Shown here one piece after another: positions 48,451 through 58,404 of a stretch of 64,000 bases of DNA. The translations under genes were made by a program, and so were the position numbers. The stretch comes from Candidatus Multivorans sp. (lineage in GTDB: Bacteria; Acidobacteriota; Thermoanaerobaculia; Multivoradales; Multivoraceae), in the NCBI GenBank assembly GCA_965224025.1, contig OZ245033.1, positions 1,856,001 to 1,920,000 of the forward strand. Reading direction: 5' to 3'. Positions within the stretch are counted from its first letter, which is position 1. Every line of letters starts with the position of its first letter. The notes below the pieces were generated by a model. It did no database searches and was not told the origin of the DNA. It saw nothing but the letters and a program-made list of their open reading frames with translations.

Positions 48451-49686
48451 CTACTCTCCCGGACCCAGCACCAGCACGCCGTTGCTGCCGCCGAAGCCGA
48501 AGCTGTTCTTCATCACCAGGGGACGTTCGAGGGACTCGGTTTCACGCCCGACGAGGCGAACCCGGCACTCCGGGTCCGGGTTCTCCAGGTTCAGGTTCGG
48601 CGGCAACACGCCGCGTTCGATGCCGAGCAGCGCCGCGATCGCCTCGATCGCCCCGGACGCACCGAGGGTGTGGCCGAAGTAGGACTTGTTCGCCGAGACC
48701 GCGACCCGGTCCGCCGCGTCGCCAAGCACGGCGCGGATCGACTCGCTCTCGCAGAGGTCGTTGGCGCGGGTGGCGGTGCCGTGGGCGTTGACCGAGCCGA
48801 GGTCGGAGGGTTCGATCCCGGCCGATTCGAGAGCCGCGCGCATCGCGACCGCCTGACCCTCGGCGCTCGGGCTGGTCAGGTGGCTGGCGTCCGAGGACTC
48901 GCCGTAGCCGACGATCTCGCCGCGGACCCGCGCACCACGGCGGCGGGCGTGGTCCCACGACTCGACGACCAGCATGCCGGCGCCCTCGCCGAACACGCAG
49001 CCGTCACGGTCGGCGTCGAACGGGCGGCAGGCCTGAGCCGGGTCAGGGTTCTCCGACATCACGCCCAGGTTGTTCCAGACCCCGAAGTAGAACGGGTCGA
49101 AGAAACCGTCCGCGCCACCGCTGAGCACCGTGTCGGCGTAGCCGTCGCGGACCATGCGGTAGGCCATGCCGATCGCGTTCGTCGCCGACGTGCACGCCGA
49201 GACGACGACGTAGTTGATGCCAGTCAGCTTGAAGTGAATCGAGACCCCGGCCGAGATCGAGTTGTACATGCACCGCGGCACCGTCGACGGCCGCAGGCCC
49301 CGAACGCCGCGCTCATGGAACCGCTGCTGGCCGGTGGTGTGGCTCTCGGCCGAGCCGGCGCCGGTGCCCAGGATGACGGCCACCGGCTGCGGCTCGTAAG
49401 GCGGCGCTTCGTTGATCAGGCCCGCCTCCTCAAGCGCTTCCGCCGCGGCGACGAGCCCGAGGTCGACGGCCCGGTCGGTGGGTCGCCGGCGCAGGCGCTT
49501 CAGACCGGCGCGCACGGCATCCGTATCGACCTCCGCGCCGATGCCGACCTTGAGCGCCGACGTATCGAGCGACTGGAGCTTGCCTACGCCTCCCCGGCCG
49601 GCGACCAGGTTGTCCCAGAAGGACTCGACATCCGTGCCGACGGCGCAGGCGACGCCGAGTCCGGTAACGGCCACTCGCCTAGCCAT
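48451..49686 (-). CDS. fabF: Beta-ketoacyl-ACP synthase II-like
   Basis: VAVTGLG, SACTS, RPFDADRDG, NAHGTAT, KSYFGHTLGA, NSFGFGG. Confidence 0.9.
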   Translation of the reverse strand: MARRVAVTGLGVACAVGTDVESFWDNLVAGRGGVGKLQSLDTSALKVGIGAEVDTDAVRAGLKRLRRRPTDRAVDLGLVAAAEALEEAGLINEAPPYEPQPVAVILGTGAGSAESHTTGQQRFHERGVRGLRPSTVPRCMYNSISAGVSIHFKLTGINYVVVSACTSATNAIGMAYRMVRDGYADTVLSGGADGFFDPFYFGVWNNLGVMSENPDPAQACRPFDADRDGCVFGEGAGMLVVESWDHARRRGARVRGEIVGYGESSDASHLTSPSAEGQAVAMRAALESAGIEPSDLGSVNAHGTATRANDLCESESIRAVLGDAADRVAVSANKSYFGHTLGASGAIEAIAALLGIERGVLPPNLNLENPDPECRVRLVGRETESLERPLVMKNSFGFGGSNGVLVLGPGE

Positions 49687-50422
49687 ACATGGACAACCCG
49701 CCGTTGACGTGGAGCACCTGCCCGGTCACGTACGAAGACTCCGACGACAGCAGGAACATGACCACAGCGGCGACTTCCGCCGGCGTTCCCAGGCGTCCGA
49801 GCGGCACGCGCAGTCTTTGCCGCTGGTCGTCGGACAGCTCGACCGTCATGTCGGTTTCGATGAAGCCCGGCGACACCGCATTGCAGCGGACCCCGAAGCG
49901 GGCCGCCTCGAGGGCGAGACTGCGGGTGAGGCTGACCAGGCCGGCCTTGGAGGCCGCGTAGTCGGCGCCCATCCAGCCCCCCGGGCCGTGTGCCGCGAGC
50001 GACGCCATGTTCACGATGCTGCCGCTCTTCGCCTTGCGCATCACGCGGTAGGCAGCGCGCGCGGCGGCGAACGAGGCTTCGAGGTTCACGCGCTGGGTCG
50101 CGCGCCAGGAGTCGAGGTCGAGGCCTCGAAACGCGACGGCGCGGCCGCCGCCGGCGTTGTTCACCAGACCGTCGATGCGGCCGCAACGATCGACGACCTG
50201 CTCCACCAGCGCCGCCGCGTTCTCGGGCTCGTCGAGATCGGCGGCCAGCGGGAAGGCGGCGTCACTACCGAGTTCGCGGCACACCGCCTCCACCTGGGCC
50301 GGGTCCCGCCCGTGTACAGCCACCGTCGCTCCCAGTTCGGCAGCGGCCTCGGCCGTCGCCCGGCCGATACCGCGAGTCGAACCGGTGACCAGGACCACTT
50401 GGCCGGAGAGTGAGGCAGTCAT
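49679..50422 (-). CDS. fabG: 3-oxoacyl-ACP reductase-like SDR
   Basis: TGSTRGIG, NNAG, YAASK, PGFIETDMT, TGQVLHVNGG. Confidence 0.85.
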   Translation of the reverse strand: MTASLSGQVVLVTGSTRGIGRATAEAAAELGATVAVHGRDPAQVEAVCRELGSDAAFPLAADLDEPENAAALVEQVVDRCGRIDGLVNNAGGGRAVAFRGLDLDSWRATQRVNLEASFAAARAAYRVMRKAKSGSIVNMASLAAHGPGGWMGADYAASKAGLVSLTRSLALEAARFGVRCNAVSPGFIETDMTVELSDDQRQRLRVPLGRLGTPAEVAAVVMFLLSSESSYVTGQVLHVNGGLSMYG

Positions 50423-50485
50423 CGTGCGAACCGGGCGCAATGGTAGCGCCGTGCGGCGATCGCGCGGTGCGCGTACGATTCCAGC

Positions 50486-53400
50486 GTGACCCGCTTGGAT
50501 GTGGATGGCCGATCGATAGTCGCGGAGCCGGGCGACAGCCTGCTGGTCGCCATGCTGCGGGCCGGTCTGCATCCGACCGGAGGCGGCTGCCTGTGCCTGG
50601 GCGGCGACTGCCCGCATTGCCTGACCACGGTCGACGGCGCCGCCTACACCCGGAGCTGCCAGGTGCGCGCGGAGGCCGGCATGGTGGTGCGCCGGGATCA
50701 CGCCGGAGGCGAAGCGCCGCCCCTGTTACCCCACGTCGACGCCGGGCGGACCGCCAACATCAAGCCGGCGCCCGCCCACCACATCCACTGCGACACAGTG
50801 GTCATCGGCCAGGGCGACTCGGGCCGCCGGGCCGCCGCGGACGCCCGTGCCGCGGGGCAGGACGTGATCACCCTCGACGCCCGGGAGGGGCAGCACGTCA
50901 CCGGCGTCTACCCGGGCCCTCTCGTCGTCGCGCTCGACGACGCCGGGCGGGTGCTCCACGTTCATCCGAAGCGGGAGATCGTGGTTGCCACCGGCGCCGC
51001 GGAAGTCCAACCGGTCGTACCCGGCAGTGACCTCGAAGGCCTGATGACCGCCCGCGCCGCCGCCGAACTCGCCGCGGCAGGAATCGACCTCGGCCGCATC
51101 GTGGTACTGGGCGACTGGCTGCCCGACCTGCCGGCGGACACCTTCGGCCGCTTCCTCCCGCTCGGCGAGAACGGTTGGAACCTCATCCGTTTCGAGGGCC
51201 GGCGCCGCATCGAGGCGGTCGTCGTCCGCGGACGTGGCGACCAGGACGCGCCAGAACGACGGATCGAGTGCGACACCGCGATCCTCGACCTCGGCCGCCA
51301 ACCCCGGACAGCCCTGGCGCGGATGGCCTCCGACCTGCCGGTGCGAGTTGTCGGCCGCGCCGCGGAGGAGGCCGAACTGCCAACCTGCCCGCGCGAAGGG
51401 ACCGTCTGCCCGTGCAGCGGCGTCACCGTCGCCGATCTCGACGGCGTGTGGGACCGCGGCTTCCGCGAGATGGAGCTGCTGAAGCGCGCCACCCTGGCCG
51501 GCACCGGCGCCTGCCAGGGCGGCGTCTGCCTGCCCTACCTGCGGAGTTTCCTGCTCGAGCGTGGCGGCCGGTACCAGCCCGCCTTCACCGCACGGCCGCT
51601 CAACCGGCAACTGACCGTGCGCGAACTGGCGGCGGGCGCACATAGCCCGATCTCCGCCCGGTCGCCGCTTCACAATGAGCATCTCCGCCTGGGCGCCCAC
51701 ATGGAGCGCGCCGGCGGCTGGTGGCGGCCGTGGACGTACGGGCTGACCCAGGACGAAGTCGACAGTTCCACGGTCGTAGGTGAACCCTTGCCAGGGCGCG
51801 AACATTGCCCGCCGGAGTGGAGAGCCTGGGTCCAAGGCCTGTCCGACAGCGAGCGGCGGGAGTTCATGCGGATGGACCGCCGAACGGGCTGGGCGGAAGA
51901 GCCGGACGATGCGGAAGAGCCGGACGAACCGAACGCAGGCTGGCTGCGCCGACCGAGCGTCGCTCAACCCCACCTCGACTGGGGCGAACGCCCCCGGCGA
52001 CGCCGGATCGACGACACGAACGGCGACGAGTACGACTGTGTGCGTTACACCGTTTCCCTCGGCGACGTGAGCTCGCTGGGCAAGACGGTGATCACCGGCC
52101 TGGACGCCGGGGCATTTCTGGAGCGGGTCGTCCCGACCCGTGTCCGCACCATCGCGCCATGGACGTGCCGCTACGTCGTCCTTCTCGACGAGCGCGGCTA
52201 TGTGTTCGACGACGGCATCCTGTGCCGGGACGCGGCCCGGAGCGGCGCCGACCGCTTCTTCCTTACCTCGACCTCGGGAGGATCGGACTTCCTCGAGCTC
52301 TGGCTGCGCGACTGGGCCGAGGCTTTCGGCTTCGATGTTCACATCCTGAACCGGACCGGCGCCTTGGCCGCGATAAACGTCACCGGGCCTCGGGCCGCCC
52401 GCCTGCTGATCCGGGCCGGCGCTCACGAACTGCCCGACTTCGGGCATCACCGCAAAGTCCGGATCGCCGGCGTCGACTGCCGCGTGCTGCGGGTCAGCTT
52501 CACCGGAGAACTCTCCTACGAACTGCACCACGCCGCCGCCGACGCGGTCGATCTCTGGCGCCGCCTTCTGGCGGTGGGCGGCGAGCTGGGGGTGCGTCCG
52601 CACGGAGTGCAGGCGCTGCTCCAACTCCGACTCGAGAAGGGCCACATCGTGATCGGCCAAGACACCGACTACGACTCGACGCCGCGCCGCCTCGGCTGCG
52701 AGTGGGCCGTGGACCTCGACAAGGGCGACTTCATCGGCAGGCAGGCAATCCTCCGCACGAACAAGCAACCGCTCGACAGGCGCCTGGTCACGCTGGAACT
52801 GGGCGACCGAACGCTCCGCCCATTCCGTCCCGGCCGCCCCTGGCTTGAGACACGGGACTACGGGACCCTGGAAGGTTCGACAATCTCCGACGGCGACGCT
52901 TACGCCGGCCACGTCACGTCCGCTCCCACGGGAGACCTCCATGGCGGGAACCACTGGTGCATGTCGCGGGAGCATCTGAAGCCCTCACTCAGGAACGCCG
53001 GCGCCTGCGTCCTCGCCTGGGTGAACACCGACCGGAACGGCAACCTGCCCCGAGAAGTTACGATCAAGGCGTATCGCCGCCCATTCGCCACCGTGTCCGA
53101 ATCCAGCCCGAATGGCGAGCGGTACCAGGACGTGACGATCGAGGGCGTGTCCGCTCGCCGCATCGACGGCCCGTTCTACGACCCGGCGGGAGAATGGGCT
53201 CGGGTGGAGGTCGACCTGGCGAGCGAACCGGCCTCGTCCATCCGGTCGATTCCAGCCGTGAAACCACGACCGACGAACCTTGCCCAGGTACCGCCCGGCC
53301 CGCCGCGGCTGCGCCCGCTCGAAGCGACCCGGATCGTCGCCAAGCCGCCCGCTCTCGACGCTCTGCTCAAACTCGCACCCTGGCCGGGTCACTCCCTGCC

Positions 53401-53728
53401 CCTTCGCCTCGCCGCAGACGAACTCCTGCTGACGGCGCTGCCTGTGTTCGCGGTCGAGCAGGATCCGCACGCGATCGTCGCACGGGACACCGGTTTCTCC
53501 TACGTCTGGCTCGCTGCCGCCGAAGCCGCGACACTCCTCGACCGCGAGTGCGATTGGGAACGGCCGACCGCGCGGCCGGCGCTGGCCCAGGGCACGGTCG
53601 CCCGCATCCCGGTCAAGCTGTGGTTCGAAACCGAGCGGACCTTGATCCTGGCGCCGGCCCCGTTCGCAGCCGCTTTCCAGCGCCGTCTGAGCCGGACGCT
53701 CGGTCGCGACGCCCGAGGCGCGGCATGA
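50486..53728 (+). CDS. Sarcosine-oxidase alpha-like multidomain protein (2Fe-2S, dinucleotide-binding, BFD-like, GcvT folate-binding, extra C-terminal domain)
   Basis: CLCLGGDCPHC, CPC...GACQGGVC, DVSSLGK, DDG, RVSFTGELSYE, LRLEKGH, PFYDP. Confidence 0.85.
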   Translation: MTRLDVDGRSIVAEPGDSLLVAMLRAGLHPTGGGCLCLGGDCPHCLTTVDGAAYTRSCQVRAEAGMVVRRDHAGGEAPPLLPHVDAGRTANIKPAPAHHIHCDTVVIGQGDSGRRAAADARAAGQDVITLDAREGQHVTGVYPGPLVVALDDAGRVLHVHPKREIVVATGAAEVQPVVPGSDLEGLMTARAAAELAAAGIDLGRIVVLGDWLPDLPADTFGRFLPLGENGWNLIRFEGRRRIEAVVVRGRGDQDAPERRIECDTAILDLGRQPRTALARMASDLPVRVVGRAAEEAELPTCPREGTVCPCSGVTVADLDGVWDRGFREMELLKRATLAGTGACQGGVCLPYLRSFLLERGGRYQPAFTARPLNRQLTVRELAAGAHSPISARSPLHNEHLRLGAHMERAGGWWRPWTYGLTQDEVDSSTVVGEPLPGREHCPPEWRAWVQGLSDSERREFMRMDRRTGWAEEPDDAEEPDEPNAGWLRRPSVAQPHLDWGERPRRRRIDDTNGDEYDCVRYTVSLGDVSSLGKTVITGLDAGAFLERVVPTRVRTIAPWTCRYVVLLDERGYVFDDGILCRDAARSGADRFFLTSTSGGSDFLELWLRDWAEAFGFDVHILNRTGALAAINVTGPRAARLLIRAGAHELPDFGHHRKVRIAGVDCRVLRVSFTGELSYELHHAAADAVDLWRRLLAVGGELGVRPHGVQALLQLRLEKGHIVIGQDTDYDSTPRRLGCEWAVDLDKGDFIGRQAILRTNKQPLDRRLVTLELGDRTLRPFRPGRPWLETRDYGTLEGSTISDGDAYAGHVTSAPTGDLHGGNHWCMSREHLKPSLRNAGACVLAWVNTDRNGNLPREVTIKAYRRPFATVSESSPNGERYQDVTIEGVSARRIDGPFYDPAGEWARVEVDLASEPASSIRSIPAVKPRPTNLAQVPPGPPRLRPLEATRIVAKPPALDALLKLAPWPGHSLPLRLAADELLLTALPVFAVEQDPHAIVARDTGFSYVWLAAAEAATLLDRECDWERPTARPALAQGTVARIPVKLWFETERTLILAPAPFAAAFQRRLSRTLGRDARGAA

Positions 53729-54933
53729 ACGAGTTCGTCGAGCGCCAGATGAAGCTGACCTGGGGGGCGCCCAAGTCCAGCTACGACGTGGTGATCGTCG
53801 GCGCCGGCGGCCACGGCCTCGCCACCGCGTACTACCTGGCGACGCGCCACGGGATCACGAACGTCGGCGTGTTCGAGCGCGGCTACATCGGCAGCGGCAA
53901 CTCGGGCCGCAACACGACGATCATCCGCGCCAACTACGGCATCCCTGCCGCGGTCCGCTTCTACCAGCGCAGCGTCGACCTCTACCGCGGCCTGGAAGAG
54001 GAGACCGGGCGCTGGCTCATGCACCAGGCCAAGGGCCTGCTATGGATGGCGCACACCGAAGCGGCCGCGCGGGCCGAACGGATGCGGGCGAAGCTGAACA
54101 CCGAGTTCGGCGCCGAGACCGAGTTCGTCGAGCCACGGCGGATCCAGGAGCTCTGTCCGCAGCTCGACATGGAGGGCGGCGGCCGCTGGCCCGTGCTGGG
54201 CGCCTCCTACCATCCGGCCGGCGCCACGGCCCGCCACGACCGCGTCGTCTGGGCGCTTGCCGAGGGGGCGATGGAGCGGGGCGCCCACGTCCACCAGAAC
54301 CTGCCGGTCGAGGGACTCGTCCTCGACGGCGACCGTGTCGCCGGCGTGCGGACCCGGGCCGGCGACATCGCCGCCGGCGTCGTTGTCTCGGCCGTCGGCG
54401 GCCACGTGTCCCGGATCGCCGCCATGGCCGGCGTGCGGCTGCCGATCCGTACTCACCGCCTGCAAGCCTTCGTCACCAACCATTACCGGCAGCAGTTCCA
54501 GCCCATCGTGGCCTCCTCGGAGCTGTTCTTCTACGCCTCACAGACCGCCCGTGGCGAGATGATCCTGGGCGCCGAGATCGATCCACAGCCGAGCTTCTCC
54601 TACCGCTCGAGCCACGACTTCGTGCAGCAGGTATCGCGGCGGGCGCTGTGCCTGCTCCCCTTCATGGCCGACCTGCGGGTGCTGCGGCAGTGGACCGGCG
54701 TCTGCGACATGAGCCCCGACTACTCGCCGATCCTGGGGGCCACCGGCGTCGACGGCTTCCTGATCACGACCGGCTGGGGCACCTGGGGCTTCAAGGCGAT
54801 CCCGGCCGGCGGCGAGCAGATGGCGCGACTCATCGCCACCGGCGAGATGCCGGAACTCATCGCGCCGTTCGGACTCGACCGCTTCGCACGCGACCGGACG
54901 ATGGCCGACCGCGGTTCGGCCGGGACGCACTAA
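53725..54933 (+). CDS. soxB: Sarcosine oxidase beta subunit-like FAD oxidoreductase
   Basis: GAGGHGLATAYYLA, GNSGRNTTIIRANY, ARHDRV, GWGTWGFKA. Confidence 0.9.
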   Translation: MNEFVERQMKLTWGAPKSSYDVVIVGAGGHGLATAYYLATRHGITNVGVFERGYIGSGNSGRNTTIIRANYGIPAAVRFYQRSVDLYRGLEEETGRWLMHQAKGLLWMAHTEAAARAERMRAKLNTEFGAETEFVEPRRIQELCPQLDMEGGGRWPVLGASYHPAGATARHDRVVWALAEGAMERGAHVHQNLPVEGLVLDGDRVAGVRTRAGDIAAGVVVSAVGGHVSRIAAMAGVRLPIRTHRLQAFVTNHYRQQFQPIVASSELFFYASQTARGEMILGAEIDPQPSFSYRSSHDFVQQVSRRALCLLPFMADLRVLRQWTGVCDMSPDYSPILGATGVDGFLITTGWGTWGFKAIPAGGEQMARLIATGEMPELIAPFGLDRFARDRTMADRGSAGTH

Positions 54934-54935
54934 CC

Positions 54936-55184
54936 ATGAGCCTCCGCATCCCCTGCCCCCACTGCGGCGCCCGCTCGGTCCACGAGTTCGTGCATGGCGA
55001 GATCCGGCGCGCGCCCGAGCACCTGACCGATCCGGACGAGCGCGACCTCGACCTCGCCTTCATGCACGACAACGAGGAAGGCGTCGTCACCGAGCGCTGG
55101 TTCCACGCCCAAGGCTGCCGCCGCTGGTTCGAGATCCGGCGCGACACGACGACCGACCGGATCGTCGAAACGGGCGAATCCTGA
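54936..55184 (+). CDS. soxD: Sarcosine oxidase delta subunit
   Basis: IPCPHCGAR..EF, ERWFHAQGCRRWF...RDT. Confidence 0.9.
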   Translation: MSLRIPCPHCGARSVHEFVHGEIRRAPEHLTDPDERDLDLAFMHDNEEGVVTERWFHAQGCRRWFEIRRDTTTDRIVETGES

Positions 55185-55236
55185 CCGGCCAGCCAGTTTG
55201 CGGCTACAATCCGCGCCTACTCGACTTGGAGGACGC

Positions 55237-56325
55237 ATGAACGCCCGACGCACCCTGACTCTCTTGACTCTCCTCGCCGTGGCGGCCTCCAGCGCCGTGC
55301 TCGCGGCCGACGACATCCCCCGCCGGCCCGACGGCAAGCCCGATCTCTCCGGGACCTACGACATCGCGACCCTGACCCCGCTGATGCGGCCCGCGCAGTA
55401 CGGCGACAAGCTGACCCTGACTCCAGAGGAAGCGAAGGCGATCGCCGAACACTGGCGCGGCAACTTCGAGAAGGACTACCAGCCCAGCGACCCGAACCGG
55501 AAGGCTCCGCCCAAGGGCGGCACCGGCATCTACGCGCCCGAGTTCACGGGGGCTGCAGGCAAGGTCGGCGGCTACAATGCCTTCTTCGTCGACATCGGCG
55601 ACGGCACCTTCCAGCTCGACGGCAAGTACCGCACCTCGATCATCACCGAGCCGGCGAACGGCCGGATGCCGGCGCTCACCGACGCCGCCAAGCAGCGGAT
55701 GGCCGAAGCGGCGATCTTCCGCCACGAGAACACCGGCACCGCCTGGTGGATCGACCGTGAGTTCGGCCCGTACGACGATCCCGAGCTCCGCCCGCACGCC
55801 GAGCGCTGCCTGCTCGGCTTCGGCTCCACCGCCGGCCCACCGGCGCTGCCCGTCATGTACAACAACATGAAGCGGATCGTGCAGACCGACACCCACGTGA
55901 TGATCCTGGTCGAGATGAACCACGACGCGCGGATCATCCGCATCGACTCCGAGCACGACGACAACGTCCAGAGCTGGCTCGGCGAATCGGTGGGCCGCTG
56001 GGAAGGCGACACCCTGGTCGTCACGACGAAGAACTTCGGCGACGACTACAGCTTCACGCAGGGCTCGAAGGAGATGGTCATCACCGAGCGCTTCAGCCGC
56101 ATCGACGAGGACACCCTGCTCTACGGCTTCACCGTCGACGACCCGAACACCTGGACCGAGCCCTGGAGCGGCGAGTACCCATGGCCCGCCAGCACAAACA
56201 AGGTCTACGAGTACGCATGCCACGAAGGCAACTACGCCCTCGGCGGGATCCTCCGCGGCGCCCGCCTCCTCGAAGAGGAAGCCCTGGAGGGCGACGCCGC
56301 GTCGACCGGCGGCGGCTCCGACTAG
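55237..56325 (+). CDS. Conserved secreted hypothetical protein
   Basis: GGAGG RBS, signal peptide, PRRPDGKPDLSG, GESVGRWEGDTLVV, YEYACHEGNY. Confidence 0.8.
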   Translation: MNARRTLTLLTLLAVAASSAVLAADDIPRRPDGKPDLSGTYDIATLTPLMRPAQYGDKLTLTPEEAKAIAEHWRGNFEKDYQPSDPNRKAPPKGGTGIYAPEFTGAAGKVGGYNAFFVDIGDGTFQLDGKYRTSIITEPANGRMPALTDAAKQRMAEAAIFRHENTGTAWWIDREFGPYDDPELRPHAERCLLGFGSTAGPPALPVMYNNMKRIVQTDTHVMILVEMNHDARIIRIDSEHDDNVQSWLGESVGRWEGDTLVVTTKNFGDDYSFTQGSKEMVITERFSRIDEDTLLYGFTVDDPNTWTEPWSGEYPWPASTNKVYEYACHEGNYALGGILRGARLLEEEALEGDAASTGGGSD

Positions 56326-56368
56326 TGCGCGAGTCTCATCGGCCCAGTGCTAGCGCGCCGCCATCGCT

Positions 56369-57094
56369 ATGCGAGCACCCATGCGAATGACCCTACTGTG
56401 CGGCACTCTATGCACCGCCATGGCCTGCGGTGGGGGCGTCCCCAATCAGGAAGCTGTCAAAGCTGAGGTGGTGACTGCCCTGGACACGTTGGTGGCAGAG
56501 CTGGTGGCTGACCGACCGGCCAACCCGGCTGGCTACACCGAGCGCCTGCGGGCTTACCTGGAAGCCCACCCCGGGTTCTACGGCAGTGCCGCCGCGCTAC
56601 TCGACGAAGCCGGCGCAGTCACCGCAAGCCCCTACGTCTACCGCACCGCTGACGGCTACAGCACCCTCGATCTTGCCCAACCCGACTACAACATCGAGGA
56701 GCAGGACTGGATCACGATGCCGCTGGCGGCCGGAGCAGGCATCTGGACGCCTCCCTACTTCGATGAGGGCGGCGGCGAGATCTGGATGATCACGCGCTCG
56801 GTTCCCGTGCGGGACGGCGGTCGGATCTTCGCCATCGTCACCACGGATCTGCCGGTTGAAGAGGCAGCCGTCCCCACAGCCGCCGCGGGGGGTCGGGACG
56901 CAATCGCCATGACCGCGTTCGCTACACTCGGTTTCCTCATTGTCGTGCTGGGCTATCCGCTGTTGATCGTAGGTGTGATCTTTCTACTCATGAACGCTCT
57001 CGATTCGGCCCGTCGTACCCGACGACCAAGAAACGGCAAGTCGCTTTGGCCGTGGCGCTACTCGATCGCGAAGCCCCGGAGCTGCCGCCGCTAG
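56369..57094 (+). CDS. Stand-alone Cache-like sensor lipoprotein
   Basis: Lipobox-like AMAC, PYVYR, W...WTPPYFDEGGGEIWMITRSVP; C-terminal hydrophobic segment. Confidence 0.7.
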   Translation: MRAPMRMTLLCGTLCTAMACGGGVPNQEAVKAEVVTALDTLVAELVADRPANPAGYTERLRAYLEAHPGFYGSAAALLDEAGAVTASPYVYRTADGYSTLDLAQPDYNIEEQDWITMPLAAGAGIWTPPYFDEGGGEIWMITRSVPVRDGGRIFAIVTTDLPVEEAAVPTAAAGGRDAIAMTAFATLGFLIVVLGYPLLIVGVIFLLMNALDSARRTRRPRNGKSLWPWRYSIAKPRSCRR

Positions 57095-57165
57095 AGTCGC
57101 GCCGCCAGCCGACGGCGCATTCGCGGCTGCTAGGGTCGGCGGCTCAACTCTCTGGAGGACAACCC

Positions 57166-57657
57166 ATGCGCCGCACTCTGTTCGTTCTGTCGATCGCTAT
57201 TCTCCTGTCCGTGACTGGCGTGGCCGCCGATAACCACGGTCCCAAGGTGGCCGACTTGGCCTGGATGACCGGGACCTGGAGTGGTGCGCTGGGGCCGGGC
57301 GGCAATTCTCTGGAAGAGAACTGGGCCGTGCCCAAGAACGGGTCGATGGCGGCTCTGGTGCGTGGTTTTTCGGGCGACGGCACGACGAACATGATCGAGC
57401 TGATCTCGATCGAGGAAGAGAACGACTCCCTCGTGCTGCGTTTGAAGCAGTGGAATCCCGGGATGGCGCCGCAGTACGACGGCTTCCAGGTGATGAAGCT
57501 CATCGAGTCGAAGGACCGGATGATCAGGTTCGAGAACATCGGCGAGGGCGGTCTCGCCAAGCTCGGCTACAGCCGGCCCGCCGATGACAAGTTCGTCATC
57601 TCCATCGAGCTGCCCAACGGCCAGGAGATCGACATCCCGCTCGACGCGGTCAAGTAG
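57166..57657 (+). CDS. Secreted hypothetical protein (DUF6265-like)
   Basis: GGAGG RBS, signal peptide, LAWMTGTW, EENW..P. Confidence 0.7.
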   Translation: MRRTLFVLSIAILLSVTGVAADNHGPKVADLAWMTGTWSGALGPGGNSLEENWAVPKNGSMAALVRGFSGDGTTNMIELISIEEENDSLVLRLKQWNPGMAPQYDGFQVMKLIESKDRMIRFENIGEGGLAKLGYSRPADDKFVISIELPNGQEIDIPLDAVK

Positions 57658-57723
57658 CGCCGCGCATCGTGCTGCGCCGTTGACCGGTGACCGCGCGCCC
57701 ATGGTGAAACTCAAGTTGGCCCG

Positions 57724-58404
57724 GTGGCGGTGAGCCGCTTCGGAATCACGGCGTCCGCGGCGCTCCTCGTCGCGGGCGTCGAGTTGCTTGCCGGCGGCGA
57801 CGCCGCCGTCGCCCAACGGAAGCCGGCCAGCCCGGCCGGCGAAGCCGCGGCCCAGATCGGCGGATACTTCGATCCCCGTTCCGGCTACGTCAACGGCGGC
57901 TGGATCGAGGTCAAGTTCGGGCGGCCGCTTCGCCGCGGCCGGGACATCTTCGGACCGCCGGACTTCATCGCCTTCCTGAACGACGGCGCCCCGGTTTGGC
58001 GGGCCGGCGCGAACTACACGACCCGGCTGATCACGGAGCTGCCGCTGATCATCGACGACACCCGCCTCGAGCCGGGCGAGTACACGATGTTCATCCAGCT
58101 CGGGCCGGAACGGTGGATCCTGATCATCTCGACCTGGCCGGCCCAGGAGACCTACGACTACCAGGAGCGCGAGGCGCTGTTCGGCGCCTACGGCTACACC
58201 CCGGACCGGGACGTGCTGCGCACCGACATGACGCTCCAGCCGCTGCCGATCTCCTTCGAGCAGTTGTCCTGGCAGTTTCTCGACGTGACTCCGGAGGGAG
58301 GGCGGCTGGCACTCCTCTGGGACCGGCAGATGGCGTCCGCGCCGTTCCAGGTCGCCGGCCCGGCAGACGAGTCCCCAGCCCCACCTGAGGAGAGCGATCA
58401 GTGA
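57724..58404 (+). CDS. DUF2911-family secreted protein
   Basis: ASP, FGRP..RGRDIFG, VWRAGAN.TT, GEYTMF. Confidence 0.8.
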   Translation: MAVSRFGITASAALLVAGVELLAGGDAAVAQRKPASPAGEAAAQIGGYFDPRSGYVNGGWIEVKFGRPLRRGRDIFGPPDFIAFLNDGAPVWRAGANYTTRLITELPLIIDDTRLEPGEYTMFIQLGPERWILIISTWPAQETYDYQEREALFGAYGYTPDRDVLRTDMTLQPLPISFEQLSWQFLDVTPEGGRLALLWDRQMASAPFQVAGPADESPAPPEESDQ

